Part shown: positions 1-10,974 of the stretch, in pieces
How positions within the stretch are numbered: the stretch's first letter is position 1
How the letters are laid out: every line of letters begins with the position of its first letter
DNA from: an uncultured bacterium
GTDB lineage: Bacteria; Methylomirabilota; Methylomirabilia; Methylomirabilales; CSP1-5
Length of the DNA: 64,000 nucleotides
NCBI GenBank assembly: GCA_964348275.1
Contig: CAYGBT010000007.1
Location: 3,046-67,045, forward strand
Reading direction: 5' to 3'
Program-made: the position numbers and the translations under genes
Notes under the pieces: model-generated
Databases searched by the model: none
What the model saw: the letters and a program-made list of their open reading frames with translations, nothing else
Told to the model about the DNA's origin: nothing

Positions 1-80
1 GAAGGGGAGCTACGAGCTACGCGCTATAAGCCATGTGCCTTCCTGGGGATGTCAAGATTCAAGACCTGACCCCATTCCGC
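1..80. repeat. R1-type imperfect-palindrome intergenic repeat, truncated by the window edge
   Basis: Core GCGCTATAAGCCAT..GTCAAGATTCAAGACCTGACCCC recurs at 5829, 9435, 11881 and 14087. Confidence 0.55.
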
Positions 81-245
81 TGACTTTTGGAGTTCCGCAA
101 CCGTGGCCTGCGCTGCTTCGGGGACGAAGCGCTCCGCCTCCGCCGCGGTGAGGCCGGCCTTTGACGTGAGTGTCGAGATGAGCTGCGGCGCCTGTTCCTT
201 GAGCATCGACGCAATGAAATCCATTGCTTCCTCCTTTCGCTTCAA
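24..245 (-). CDS. Small hypothetical protein; its last ~15 codons are read out of the R1 repeat
   Basis: 73 aa ORF downstream of the ATPase gene on the same strand. The C-terminus GQVLNLDIPRKAHGL is encoded by repeat sequence. Confidence 0.45.
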   Translation of the reverse strand: MKRKEEAMDFIASMLKEQAPQLISTLTSKAGLTAAEAERFVPEAAQATVAELQKSAEWGQVLNLDIPRKAHGL

Positions 246-371
246 ATGGTTATAAAGTTTTGAGGCGCGCGACGCCGTCCTGGTGCTTTCACACTTACTA
301 CCGCGATTGGAAAGCCCGAACGGTCGTCCACAAAGCTGTCAAAGGCAACTGGAAGCCCCGATCAGGTTTCG

Positions 372-2810
372 TTAAAAAGCGCGCTCTGCGATCCCGTCTG
401 TCGACACGGACCAGGGCGTCCATACGAGTGAGACCGTTTTCACCTCGATGTCTGACTTGCGCGGGCGTACCAAGTACTCTTCGATCTCCAGGGCTTCGGG
501 GTCGGCTTGTGACCCGAGTCCCTCTCTCGCCTTCTCGAACTCTGCGTCGAACTCCTCAAGCTGGTCACGGAGCTCCTCGAGGCGCTTTTCCGCGCGAGCC
601 ACATCGCCCCGCTCCCTCCCGATGCGCCCCGCGCGGTGCATCGTGGTTGCCGCGCGCCCGATGGTGCCGACGCTTGCGGCCTTGCGCCCAAATAACGCCC
701 CCAGCACGGTCGCACCAAGCGAAACAACCGTCTGGAGCGTCTGGTCTCTCTGCTGTCCCTGCTCGCGCGCAACGCGCTCTTCAGCACTCCGGATGCGGTC
801 CTGCAGGCGCGTTAGCTTCGGGGCATACTTCTTGCGCAGCTTTTCGATCTCGAGATCCCGCTCCTCGCGCGCCACGTGTCGCAGCCTCGCGCGGAACGCC
901 CCCTCGTCTTCTGCCGGAGTTGAGTACCGATCGAGCTGAGGAGATCGAAGCAGGCGCAGCGACAGCTCACGGTAGAGGTACTCCTTAAGCCGCTTGCCCC
1001 ACTCAGGGTAGCTTCGAGCGCGCGCAGCCTCCGGCGGCAGCGCCGAGAACTTCCCGGCCGGATCGGCGCCCTCCGCGATCGCCGGGGATTCACGGAGCGC
1101 CTCCCCCTCTTCCCAGGGGTCCTTGGAAACCTCGTCGCGGACCGGCACGACCAGGTGGACGGCCTCCCAGCGGTCTATGCCGGCACGCTGGTCGACGTAG
1201 TGCAGTCGCGCGGAGCCGAGCAGCGCGGGACGATAAACAAGACTTCCGCCGGCACCGATGGGCGTTCGGTGCGCCAAGACGAGTTGGGGGACGTCCGGAG
1301 CTAAAAGTGGCCGATCGGCCGCGTCCCGACCGGCGAGGGCCTGGCGCGCCGGTGTCGGCCCGGCGATAGTGGCCTCGGGCACCGCCGGCGCTGCAGACGC
1401 GCCGCTCCGCGAAAGGCTACGGATCTGGTCGCGTGTCAAGGGCCCGCGGAGGTACGAGAGCGCCCACCGCGTCTGGAACAGCTCCGGCCGGTCGTCGTGC
1501 ACGTTGTTCATGAGGAAGAGACGGCTCTTCAGGCCCGACAGGATGCGGTCCATCGTCCCTCGGTCAAAGGTGGCACCCGCAGCCGCGGTGGCGCCTTCCA
1601 AACCATCAAGCACTCGCTCCTTGTCTCGCTCGGTCTGCAGGCGACCGAGAAACCAGGTGCCCGCGTTGGCGAGGCCCTTGTAATCCAGATCGACGGGGTT
1701 CTGCGTCGCGAGCACAATCCCCAAACCATAGGCGCGGGCCTGCTTCAGCAGCGTGAGCATCGGCGTCTTCGAGGGGGGATTTGCCGTCGGGGGAAAGTAT
1801 CCGAACACCTCGTCCATATACAGGAGGGCGCGGAGACTCGATGTGCCAGGTTGCGCCCGCATCCACGAGATTACCTCGTTCAGTAGCAGCGTGACGAAGA
1901 ACATCCTCTCGCGATCTGCGAGATGAGCGATCGACAGGATCGAGAGCCGCGGCCGACCTTCCCGGGTGTAGAGTAACCGGCCCACATCGAGTGGCTCTCC
2001 CTCCATCCACGCACCGAATCCTGGGGAGGCCAGCAGGTTGTTCAGGCTCATCGCCAAAGCGAATCGCTCCTTGGAGGGAAAGAAGGACTCCAGCTCCAGG
2101 ACGCCGACGCGCTCAACCGGTGGTGACTGAATCTCCGCGATCAGGGAAGCGATCTCGAGGTCCCGTCCCTCGCGCCACGCACGGTCTACTAGGGTTGACA
2201 GCAGGATATGTTCACGACTGCGGATGGGGTCGGCTTCGATGTCGAGGAGTGACAGCAGACCCGACACGGCCGCCTGGACGCGGCCGCGGAGCGCATCGCC
2301 GTCGGCCGCGAGCTCGCGTGAGGGCGCGGTGAGGGACCGCAACGCGCGGAGCGGACGACCGGCGCTACTGCCGGGCGTGTAGATCGCCAGGTCGACCGCA
2401 TCTCGAAAGCGGGCGATGCGGGCACCGTCCTGCCCCCAATCCGCAAGGCCGTTCTTCCAAAGTTGTGCCGTTTGGGTTGCGTGCTCCTCGAGGCTAAGGC
2501 CCTTGCGACCAGCCTCTGCGGGATCGACCCAAGGCTGGAAATCGGTCGGGCGCACCTCTGGAAAGGTGAGCAACAAGTTTCCAAGATCTCCCTTGGGGTC
2601 GATAATGACCGCTGGGATCCCGTCTATTCCCGCTTCCTCGAGGAGCGCGATACACAGACCGGTCTTTCCACTCCCGGTCATCCCGACGCAGAGTGCGTGC
2701 GTCGTCAAGTCCTTCGAATCGTACAATAGCAGTTCGTCTTTGACCTGCCCTCTCTCCCCGTCGTAGACCCGGCCCAGATAGAAGGCCCCGAGCTTTTCAA
2801 AATCGCTCAC
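372..2810 (-). CDS. HerA/FtsK-like (DUF87-type) P-loop ATPase with a coiled-coil C-terminal region
   Basis: 812 aa ORF. Walker A is GMTGSGKTG, a Walker-B-like ALLYMDEV is present, and the C-terminus is charged and helical. Confidence 0.8.
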   Translation of the reverse strand: MSDFEKLGAFYLGRVYDGERGQVKDELLLYDSKDLTTHALCVGMTGSGKTGLCIALLEEAGIDGIPAVIIDPKGDLGNLLLTFPEVRPTDFQPWVDPAEAGRKGLSLEEHATQTAQLWKNGLADWGQDGARIARFRDAVDLAIYTPGSSAGRPLRALRSLTAPSRELAADGDALRGRVQAAVSGLLSLLDIEADPIRSREHILLSTLVDRAWREGRDLEIASLIAEIQSPPVERVGVLELESFFPSKERFALAMSLNNLLASPGFGAWMEGEPLDVGRLLYTREGRPRLSILSIAHLADRERMFFVTLLLNEVISWMRAQPGTSSLRALLYMDEVFGYFPPTANPPSKTPMLTLLKQARAYGLGIVLATQNPVDLDYKGLANAGTWFLGRLQTERDKERVLDGLEGATAAAGATFDRGTMDRILSGLKSRLFLMNNVHDDRPELFQTRWALSYLRGPLTRDQIRSLSRSGASAAPAVPEATIAGPTPARQALAGRDAADRPLLAPDVPQLVLAHRTPIGAGGSLVYRPALLGSARLHYVDQRAGIDRWEAVHLVVPVRDEVSKDPWEEGEALRESPAIAEGADPAGKFSALPPEAARARSYPEWGKRLKEYLYRELSLRLLRSPQLDRYSTPAEDEGAFRARLRHVAREERDLEIEKLRKKYAPKLTRLQDRIRSAEERVAREQGQQRDQTLQTVVSLGATVLGALFGRKAASVGTIGRAATTMHRAGRIGRERGDVARAEKRLEELRDQLEEFDAEFEKAREGLGSQADPEALEIEEYLVRPRKSDIEVKTVSLVWTPWSVSTDGIAERAF

Positions 2811-3134
2811 GTTCCGATCCTCCCCCTCTTCTCACAATAACAGACGCTCCCCAGAGTTACGAGATGACGTAGGTCCGAGAGAACAATAGGCAGTGCCCAC
2901 CCTCTGTTTTTTTCGCAGGGATGACGTAGTATCCAAGGCCGCGCCCGGGATGTCAACAACGCAAGAGGAGTTGCCGAAGCCGAGGGGCTGTGGGCATGGC
3001 GACGTGGTATCGCAAGATCGACTCAATGCTTCCCGCGCCGCGTCTAAGGGCCCTAAGCGACGCCAAGCCACCGGTGCAAGCGCATAGCTCCTTTGCACAC
3101 CGACACGCAACGAGCCGGGCGCTCGCGTGCCAGC

Positions 3135-4108
<974 letters not shown>

Positions 4109-4109
<1 letters not shown>

Positions 4110-5539
4110 CACGTCCCTCGCGTGTGCGCGAGCATTGACAGAAGATCGTACTCGTCGCCAAGGCCGGGAATCCGCGTCGCCATCTTGAAGCGGCGCTGCA
4201 ACAGCCGGGAAAGCGACCCGGCGGCGTCCGCTTCTCCGTGGACAATGAAGGCCACGCGTGGTGGCGTCGGCGCGCTCTCGACCCAACGCAACAGCTCGTC
4301 CCGGTCGGCGTGCCCGGATAACCCATCGATCGCCATCACGCGTGCCCGGATGCGGACCTGCTGTCCGTGGATCTTCACGGTCGACGCGCCGCCCAGAAGC
4401 GCCCGGGCCCGCGTGCCCGCAGCCTGGTAGCCAACCAGCACCAGCAGGTTGCGCGGGTCGTCGGCCAGCCGCTTAAGGTGATGTAACACGCGACCCCCCG
4501 TCAGCATGCCACTCGACGAGACAATAATGCGCGGCCCCCGCAAGGTGTTGAGCCGCTTCGACTCCGCGACAGTCGAATGAAAGCAGACCTCCTTCGGAAA
4601 GAGTCGCAGTCGCCCGTCCTCGAACACGTCCGGATCGACATTCCGAGAATCGAGGAAGCGGCTGTAGATGCGAGTTGCATTGACTGCCATGGGACTGTCG
4701 ATGTGGATCGGGACCTCGGGAAGCTCTCCCGTGCGCATCAGCCGGCGGAGGATCAGGGTCACCAGCTGGGACCGTCCCACGGCGAAGGCCGGAATCAACA
4801 CCGTGCCGCCCTGCGCGAAAGTGTCCTGAAACGGCCGCCGGACCTGCTCGAGGACCGAGACGCGGGGGTGGCGGCGGTTCCCATACGTCGATTCGATTAT
4901 GAGCACGTCGCAAGGCGGGAGTCCCTCGGGGTCCGGGTGCAGCGGCATTGCGAAGCGGCCGACGTCGCCGCTGTAAACGATGCGGATGTCCCGCCCGTCA
5001 ACGGTGACCCGCACCTCGACAAAGGAGGAGCCGAGGATGTGACCGGCGTTGAGGAAGCGGGCGCGGACTTTCCCGCGGCGATCAAGGGACACCCACTCGT
5101 CATAGCGCCGTCGCTTTCGCAGGCTCAACGCCTTGCGCGCATCGCCGGTCGTGTAGAGCGGCAGCGCCGGCTTGTGCTTGCTGAAGCCCTTCTTGTTCGC
5201 GTAGCGCGCATCCTGCTCCTGAATCTTGGCCGCGTCGAGGAGCATCAGCTCGGCCAACACATAGGCGGCGGGTGTACAGTGGACCGGGGCCCGGAGCCCT
5301 AACTTCGCAAGCCGCGGCAGGTAGCCGATGTGATCAATATGCGTGTGGGTCAACAGGACCTGGTCGATCGACCGGACGTCGAACGTCGGCCCCTCCCAAT
5401 TGAGGAGCCGCAGTTCCTTCTGCCCCTGGAATATGCCCGCGTCCAAGAGCAGGCGCGTCTCACCGACCGTCAGCAGGTGCTTCGATCCCGTGACGGTACC
5501 CGCCGCACCGTGAAATGTGAGCGTCACGCGCTCTGACAC
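4109..5539 (-). CDS. MBL-fold metallo-hydrolase with beta-CASP/RNA-specificity domain
   Basis: HTHIDHIG (HxHxDH) motif. The GTG start at 5539 is preceded by GGAGGGAAAGGGAG. The ORF track allows an upstream start at 5680. Confidence 0.85.
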
Positions 5540-5581
5540 CGCTCGCGTCTCCCTTTCCCTCCTCGGTCTAATGAGGGGCCT

Positions 5582-5610
5582 AGTATCCTTGAAGAGGCAG
5601 AGGGTGTCAA
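5582..5610 (-). promoter_or_regulatory. Putative sigma70-type promoter of the MBL-LOG operon
   Basis: Minus strand reads TTGACA, 17 nt, GATACT. The same module is seen at 13353-13381. Confidence 0.4.
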
Positions 5611-5828
5611 GGGTACCAAAGGCGGGCGAAATCAATAATGGCGAGACGATGGAACGCTTGTGCCCGCGGGCTATGATCACCCCGGTGGTATCTTAGTACC
5701 TGCTTAGAGTCGAGGGTTGAGGGTTAAGTGTCGCACGACTGCGGAAAGGGTCACGGCGGTGCTATGGTGTATCCCGGTCCCGCCACCCCCTGTGACGCCC
5801 AAACTGAGAATTCGATGCGCCGGCGATT

Positions 5829-5915
5829 GTGCCGGAGGGGAGCACCGGGCTATGCGCTATAAGCCATGTACCTTCCTGGGGGATGTCAAGATTCGAGACC
5901 TAACCCTGAACCCGC
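5829..5915. repeat. R1-type intergenic repeat
   Basis: GTGCCGGAGGGGAGC..GCGCTATAAGCCATG..GTCAAGATTCGAGACC, just downstream of the NHL gene stop. Confidence 0.6.
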
Positions 5916-5928
5916 GCGATGTAGCGAT

Positions 5929-6816
5929 TCAACGAATGATTCGGATGCGGTAGCGTACAACGCGGTCATTGTAGGTGTCTGAGAACCAAATATCGCTACC
6001 GCGGATCTCCACGCCCTCCGGCCGATCGAAGACGCCTTCGCCCTTACCCGAAGTAGCCTTGCCCAACACACCGATCAAGTCCCCGCTGGGCGCGATGACC
6101 TTGATCCGATTGGAGTACTTGTCGGCGACGTACATCCGACCCGCGGCGTCGAAGTCCATGTAGCGCGGGCCGTTGAATGCATAGGGGCTTTCAGCCAGGA
6201 TCTTCGTGATCTCGAGTTTATCGTTTAGGCGGACCATGCGATCGTTGGCCGCATCGGCAACCCAGATGTTTCCGGCCGGATCGAATTCCACGTCGTGCGG
6301 CGCAGCAAAGCCGCCCACTTCGCCGATGACCTTGCCGTTGCGGTAGACAACAAGGTTGTTCGAGGCGGCGCCCGTCGCGAAGACGCGTCCGTCCTTACGG
6401 ACCGCAACGCCTTCGGGTCGCCGAATACGTCCTTGCAACGATCCCACAAGCCTTCCGCTCGCCCGATCAACCTCATAAATCGCGATGCGGCTATTGCCCG
6501 TGTCAGCCACCAGCAAGCGCCCCTGGGAATCGAAAGCGACGTCGTGGGGCGCAGATACCTCGCCCTGTGCGAAGACGCCGAGCTCTTTCAAGGTTCGCGC
6601 GTCCAGCACGGCTATTCGATCATTGTCGTTGTCGGCGACATAGAGGAGGCTGCCATCAGGCGAGAGGACGATGTCGTGGGGCTTCGCGTAGGTCTCGGCG
6701 CTCGCAGCGAGCATCTCGAACGCGAGATTACTGGCGCTTGCAACGGGGGGCATGCTCCACGCGATCAGCACGGAGAGCAACACTATTGAAAGCGATGCCA
6801 TGATATTCACCATCAT
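5929..6816 (-). CDS. Secreted NHL-repeat beta-propeller protein
   Basis: Signal-peptide-like N-terminus and repeated xP.GV..D..G.lyVAD..N.ri motifs. Confidence 0.8.
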   Translation of the reverse strand: MMVNIMASLSIVLLSVLIAWSMPPVASASNLAFEMLAASAETYAKPHDIVLSPDGSLLYVADNDNDRIAVLDARTLKELGVFAQGEVSAPHDVAFDSQGRLLVADTGNSRIAIYEVDRASGRLVGSLQGRIRRPEGVAVRKDGRVFATGAASNNLVVYRNGKVIGEVGGFAAPHDVEFDPAGNIWVADAANDRMVRLNDKLEITKILAESPYAFNGPRYMDFDAAGRMYVADKYSNRIKVIAPSGDLIGVLGKATSGKGEGVFDRPEGVEIRGSDIWFSDTYNDRVVRYRIRIIR

Positions 6817-6948
6817 CCTTTTTGCTCGCCTATAGTACTAGTCGAACAAGACCGTGGTCAATCTAAACTAAACGCAAACGATGGACAAGAGTCCTCCCGT
6901 GGAGATCGATCGGGCAAAGCGGGTGTTGGCGCTCCACGCCGCGAGGGA

Positions 6949-7422
6949 TCATTTTTCCAGCGGTCTGCTTTCATCGCCCCGCATGTTCTCCGTGATGGCT
7001 TGACTTTGGAACGGGGCAAATGAAAGGTCAATATCGACCTTGCCCACGGGTTGGTGTACCGGCAGTTTCTCGCCCGTCTTTAAGATTACGGCCTCGGGCT
7101 CATTCCCGTAATACGCCCAATGCCTCAGGAATTTGCTACTGGAATAGGTGGGACCCACCTGGGCCGACCAGTGGACCGTCACGCTGTCTTCGTCTCCCTG
7201 GAGTGCAGCGATGGGATACGTCAAGATCCCCGAGACCGACCAGACAATGTGCGTGGCAAGGGCGAGGGGCCCGTTCACGAGAGTTCCGATGACATCGCCA
7301 GCACCGGTAGATCCCTCTTGGTGGGCCGAAGCCTGTTCTGAACTACTGGGGGAAGTTGCCTTGGTCGTCGCGCTTCCAACGACCACGAGTCCAATCAAAG
7401 CAGCACACATGAATTTTTTCAT
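6949..7422 (-). CDS. Secreted hypothetical protein
   Basis: ATG preceded by GGAGG at 6 nt; signal peptide MKKFMCAALIGLVVVGSA. Confidence 0.6.
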   Translation of the reverse strand: MKKFMCAALIGLVVVGSATTKATSPSSSEQASAHQEGSTGAGDVIGTLVNGPLALATHIVWSVSGILTYPIAALQGDEDSVTVHWSAQVGPTYSSSKFLRHWAYYGNEPEAVILKTGEKLPVHQPVGKVDIDLSFAPFQSQAITENMRGDESRPLEK

Positions 7423-7606
7423 CTCACACCTCCGTGTTTTCTGTTACCAATGGCCTGATGATCTCGGCCGGCTCGACCAGAAGATCCCATGGTTTCTCAA
7501 CATAAATTACAATGTTCTTCATCGGCTCCTTTGCGTCTTGTGTTGTGTCGGCACCAATCACGCCTTCGATCTTCCCCTGTGGGCGGCGGACTCAGGTACC
7601 TGATGT

Positions 7607-7650
7607 GAAAACGAAAATGCCTTCCCGGGCCGAGCTACGTCCGCGAAGGC
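7607..7650 (-). terminator. Intrinsic terminator-like hairpin
   Basis: Minus strand reads GCCTTC..GAAGGC followed by ATTTTCGTTTTC. Confidence 0.45.
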
Positions 7651-7847
7651 GTCAGAGTTTTCTGATCGCTAATGGCGGTGCCGAGGGTGAGCTTCTGCGT
7701 ATCGTCACCTCAGTTTCATTGAACTATTGGCTCGGGGGGCTTGCCGTCCCTCAGTAATGCATCACTCACGGACAACCCGAAGGGTCACCTGGTGGGTCAT
7801 TGTTACCCTGTTAGACGCACTTCCTGTCAAGCCCAAACTGCGATGAT

Positions 7848-7938
7848 GGCGGAGGGGGGCAAAGGGTGATGCCGATCCCCGTTCCATCCCGGGGCGATGG
7901 AAGTTCGGCCAACAATCGACTTGACCCCTTTCCCTCAC
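7848..7938. repeat. R2-type imperfect-palindrome repeat
   Basis: Arms GGAGGGGGGCAAAGGG and CTTGACCCCTTTCCCTC flank a GTTCCATCCCGG core. Confidence 0.6.
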
Positions 7939-7988
7939 ATAACCCCATTTCTATTAGAAGGATATGTCAGATTGCTGAGTGGAAAGGA

Positions 7989-8615
7989 CTATGAAAGACC
8001 ACGATAATAGTCGACAACATTGGATTTAAAATAGAAATACCACACGGCAATCCCGACAATGATCACCATCTCTCCAAAGAAAAAGATCTTGTCTATAGGA
8101 GGGGCATGGGCGGTCATCGCAAGCATAAGAAGTCCCGTGAGGAACCAGAACACCATCACGAGGTGTCTCGACCAGGGCCTTTCTGTCCAAAACCCATATC
8201 CAATGGCGAGGAGGATGCCGCCACCGAGAACGATCAGCGGAAGGGCGTGCGAGGTAAAATATTCTCGCGTTACCTCTCGGTCATTGATATAAAATGTCAT
8301 CGAAGACCCGCCCATGAAAACGAGAAGCGTCATCAAGAGGCAAAAGGCACCAGCCAAAAAAGAAAAAAGCATCCCAAGTGTAATGCAAAAGGGTTTCTCC
8401 CCTGTCGGCATAAAACCATATGAAGCTTCGCGTTCTATGCTTCCACCAATTCCTCTCCGGCCTCCCCTGCCGCCTGCACCCACATTCTGCCGTGGGGCAG
8501 ATCGCTGGGAACCGGCCGTGTGCACCAACCTGCCCATTTGAGCCCCACAGACTTTACAGGTGGCGTGCGCGATTTGCAGCAGCCTGCAACTAGGGCATTC
8601 CGCCATCATCGCCAT
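7989..8615 (-). CDS. Membrane protein with an N-terminal zinc-ribbon (CxxC..CxxC)
   Basis: ATG at 8615 with AAGGAG 9 nt upstream; CPSC..CKVC; several hydrophobic helices. Confidence 0.6.
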   Translation of the reverse strand: MAMMAECPSCRLLQIAHATCKVCGAQMGRLVHTAGSQRSAPRQNVGAGGRGGRRGIGGSIEREASYGFMPTGEKPFCITLGMLFSFLAGAFCLLMTLLVFMGGSSMTFYINDREVTREYFTSHALPLIVLGGGILLAIGYGFWTERPWSRHLVMVFWFLTGLLMLAMTAHAPPIDKIFFFGEMVIIVGIAVWYFYFKSNVVDYYRGLS

Positions 8616-8654
8616 CAATCCGTGCTCCTTATACAAACCCCGTCAGCGACCGTG

Positions 8655-8699
8655 AAAAACAAAACGTCTTCCTAGGCCGTACAGCACCCAAGAAGACGT
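8655..8699 (-). terminator. Intrinsic terminator
   Basis: Minus strand reads ACGTCTTC..GAAGACGT followed by TTTGTTTTTC. Confidence 0.5.
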
Positions 8700-8962
8700 C
8701 ATACCGGTTTTAACAGAATAAAAGCGCCCTCCCGGGCCTATGGTACCCAAGAAGGCGGTGCAACTCTTATGCCAGCGATCGGCTAGGGCCTATCCCTCCC
8801 CCGGTTCTTCAGTACGGTCTGCTACGGGCTACCCGCTAGAAGCCATATGCCTCTTCTTTCTGGGGACCTTCGTCTTGTCCCGGGGTACGTGCCTGCCAGG
8901 TGCTCGGGGCAACCGCACTCTCCAAATCTTCTTTCTTGGCTTCTGTAGCTTTCCCACGGAAA

Positions 8963-9349
8963 CTATACACCTCTCTCTAAGGCAGAGGGGTCGCAGCGGC
9001 GCCTATTTCCTACTCCGATCCCTCTACGCCCTGTCAAGCCCAAACTGCGTGGGCACAGGGGTGTCAAGCTATCGGTTCTGAAGGACCTGAGGCCAGCTTG
9101 GCCCCGGCTAGCACGCCATCTGCCTATGGCAAAAGCAAAGGTGCTGATTACCGCAACGACAAAACTCAATCCCGCCAAAAGCCCAGACAATCCGTAGAAC
9201 ATTATTGTCGAAGGTTCGGAGGTGATCCCGATAATCTTCGGGTCGGGTAGGTATGCTAAACCCAAGAAGACCAATGCCGCCACGTAAATTACTATCATTA
9301 CAATTTTAGTCATAGGGTTTCCAGAAGGAATAAGGGTTTTTTTCTGCAC
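8963..9349 (-). CDS. Small two-helix membrane protein; the 3-prime part runs into repeat-like DNA
   Basis: Hydrophobic N-terminal 70 aa followed by an Arg/Gly-rich low-complexity tail. The start is ambiguous (GTG 9349 or ATG 9313). Confidence 0.45.
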   Translation of the reverse strand: MQKKTLIPSGNPMTKIVMIVIYVAALVFLGLAYLPDPKIIGITSEPSTIMFYGLSGLLAGLSFVVAVISTFAFAIGRWRASRGQAGLRSFRTDSLTPLCPRSLGLTGRRGIGVGNRRRCDPSALERGV

Positions 9350-9434
9350 CCGCTCCTCGCGCGCGCGATCGATACTCCTCCAAAAAGTAAAACGCCTTCA
9401 CGGCTGTGCTTCACCGCAAAGGCGCTGCAATCAG

Positions 9435-9515
9435 TGTGCCGGAGGGGAGCTACGAGCTATGCGCTATAAGCCATAAGCCTTCCTTGGCACTGTCAAGATT
9501 CAAGAGCTGACCCTC
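9435..9515. repeat. R1-type intergenic repeat
   Basis: GTGCCGGAGGGGAGCTACGAGCTATGCGCTATAAGCCATAAGCC..GTCAAGATTCAAGAGCTGACCC. Confidence 0.6.
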
Positions 9516-9871
9516 AACCCCCTGGAATACCTATCGAAACCTATCGCAACCGTCCTGTTGCGGATCACGATCCATAATGCGATGTCTTTGGTCGGAGGAA
9601 GTGACCGCCGCACTACGGAAACCGAGGTTCCGGTGCCGTGGCGGTAGGTGACACGAATCGATGAGCCTTTCGGAGGGACTTTCCCTCTCCGCCCATCACC
9701 GAAAACAATCTGTGCCTTACCGTCTGGAGCGTGGTGGAGCATATACACACAGGCCTTGGGTCCATACGAGCGCAGGTCTCTTACGCGCCTCCACTTCTGC
9801 GAGCCTATCGTCACTTCGAGAGCGGATGGCGGGCGGCGACGAATTCGTCCACGAATTCGGACTTTTCGCAA
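9500..9871 (-). pseudogene. Isolated fragment resembling a phage/contractile-injection baseplate assembly protein
   Basis: W.rV.dL...GP...Y.l....DG.a.i.FGDG..G..PP.G..I.VtYRhGtG matches, from memory, the conserved segment of much larger baseplate proteins. Confidence 0.35.
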
Positions 9872-10038
9872 GTCTTTTCCCCCTCACAAAAGCACGTAGA
9901 TGCTTTGGGGTGGCCTTGATTGGGCCGGAGGGGGGTGAAGCGCTATGCCTCCCATGGTTCGATCATTGCTTATCCTAAGTAGCAAATCGCAAACCTGCCC
10001 CCAATTCCCCTCCGCCTCTATTTTCCTCATGTCTCGCG

Positions 10039-10686
10039 TCAGCTGTCAGCTAGCTCTCGCAGTCGGTCGTACACCGGGCCACCGGTATCCGTGACGAGTC
10101 CGACCTCGGGGTGATACTGAAGACCCGAATGCGTCTCCAAAGCCGCCCGAAGTGCAGCCTGTGCGTTCCTCTTTGCCTGCTCCGTGTGGCCCCACGCGGC
10201 ATTGATCAACGCGACAATCGCGTTAAACACATACCGTTCATTCGCGAGGGCCAGTGAAGTGCCGTAGTGCTCCAGCGCCGTTAACGCCTCTTCATACAAC
10301 GTCTCTAGACGTCTCTCTACTACGGTCCAACCAAATCGGAGCGCCGCACCTGTCCTCACGTTGGGGAACTCCCGTTCGACGGCCAACGCTTGGCGGTAGG
10401 ATTCCAAGGCGTCTCCTACATTGCCAAGTGTCAGCAAACACTCCGCCCTCTCATACTGAGCCCTGGCGAGAAAGATTTTTTCCGGATAGTCCCGCAGCAT
10501 GAGTTCTACGAGCTCAAGTGCCGCGCGAACCAGTTGCTCATCTTTGGTTTTCCGCAAGCATTTCGCTTGAATGAGCAGGTACTGCGCCCGGTTCCCGGTG
10601 CTCCGGGTTCTTTTGAGTCTCGCAAGAAATGCCTCGCGGTCTGCGGCGGACCAAGTTGCCCGCCTATACCAGTCGTCTCTTCCCAT
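10039..10686 (-). CDS. TPR-like helical repeat protein
   Basis: ATG at 10686 with GAGGG 7 nt upstream; repeated A..Y..AL..-type helices. Confidence 0.6.
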   Translation of the reverse strand: MGRDDWYRRATWSAADREAFLARLKRTRSTGNRAQYLLIQAKCLRKTKDEQLVRAALELVELMLRDYPEKIFLARAQYERAECLLTLGNVGDALESYRQALAVEREFPNVRTGAALRFGWTVVERRLETLYEEALTALEHYGTSLALANERYVFNAIVALINAAWGHTEQAKRNAQAALRAALETHSGLQYHPEVGLVTDTGGPVYDRLRELADS

Positions 10687-10845
10687 GTCGAAACCCTCGC
10701 GGGGCGCGGAAATATTGTCCAACCGTCACTCGCCCACCACTCGTCACGCTGCATTTTGAACCATTATACACACCAACGCCCTCCCAGGTCATCCCCGCCC
10801 GAGAGGGCGTCTGAATGTTTGATGTGCCTTGGATCGTGCCGGAGG

Positions 10846-10930
10846 GGGGCAAAGGGCTATGCCAGTCCCGGTTCCATCCCGAAGACTGCCCGAAGCGTCA
10901 CATGTAAAGCTTTGACCCCTTACCTCCGTT
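10846..10930. repeat. R2-type imperfect-palindrome repeat
   Basis: Arms GGAGGGGGGCAAAGGG and CTTTGACCCCTTACCTCC pair with small bulges. The copy lies 50 nt downstream of the cytochrome c stop. Confidence 0.6.
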
Positions 10931-10974
10931 CAATGGGAATGTCAAAATGCAAGGATCGACCCAGACCCCACCTA

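Noticed and set aside
224-988. 254-aa plus-strand ORF and other ORFs overlapping the HerA-like gene
   Set aside because: Arg/Pro/Ala-rich shadow ORFs antisense or out of frame to a motif-bearing gene, typical of GC-rich DNA.
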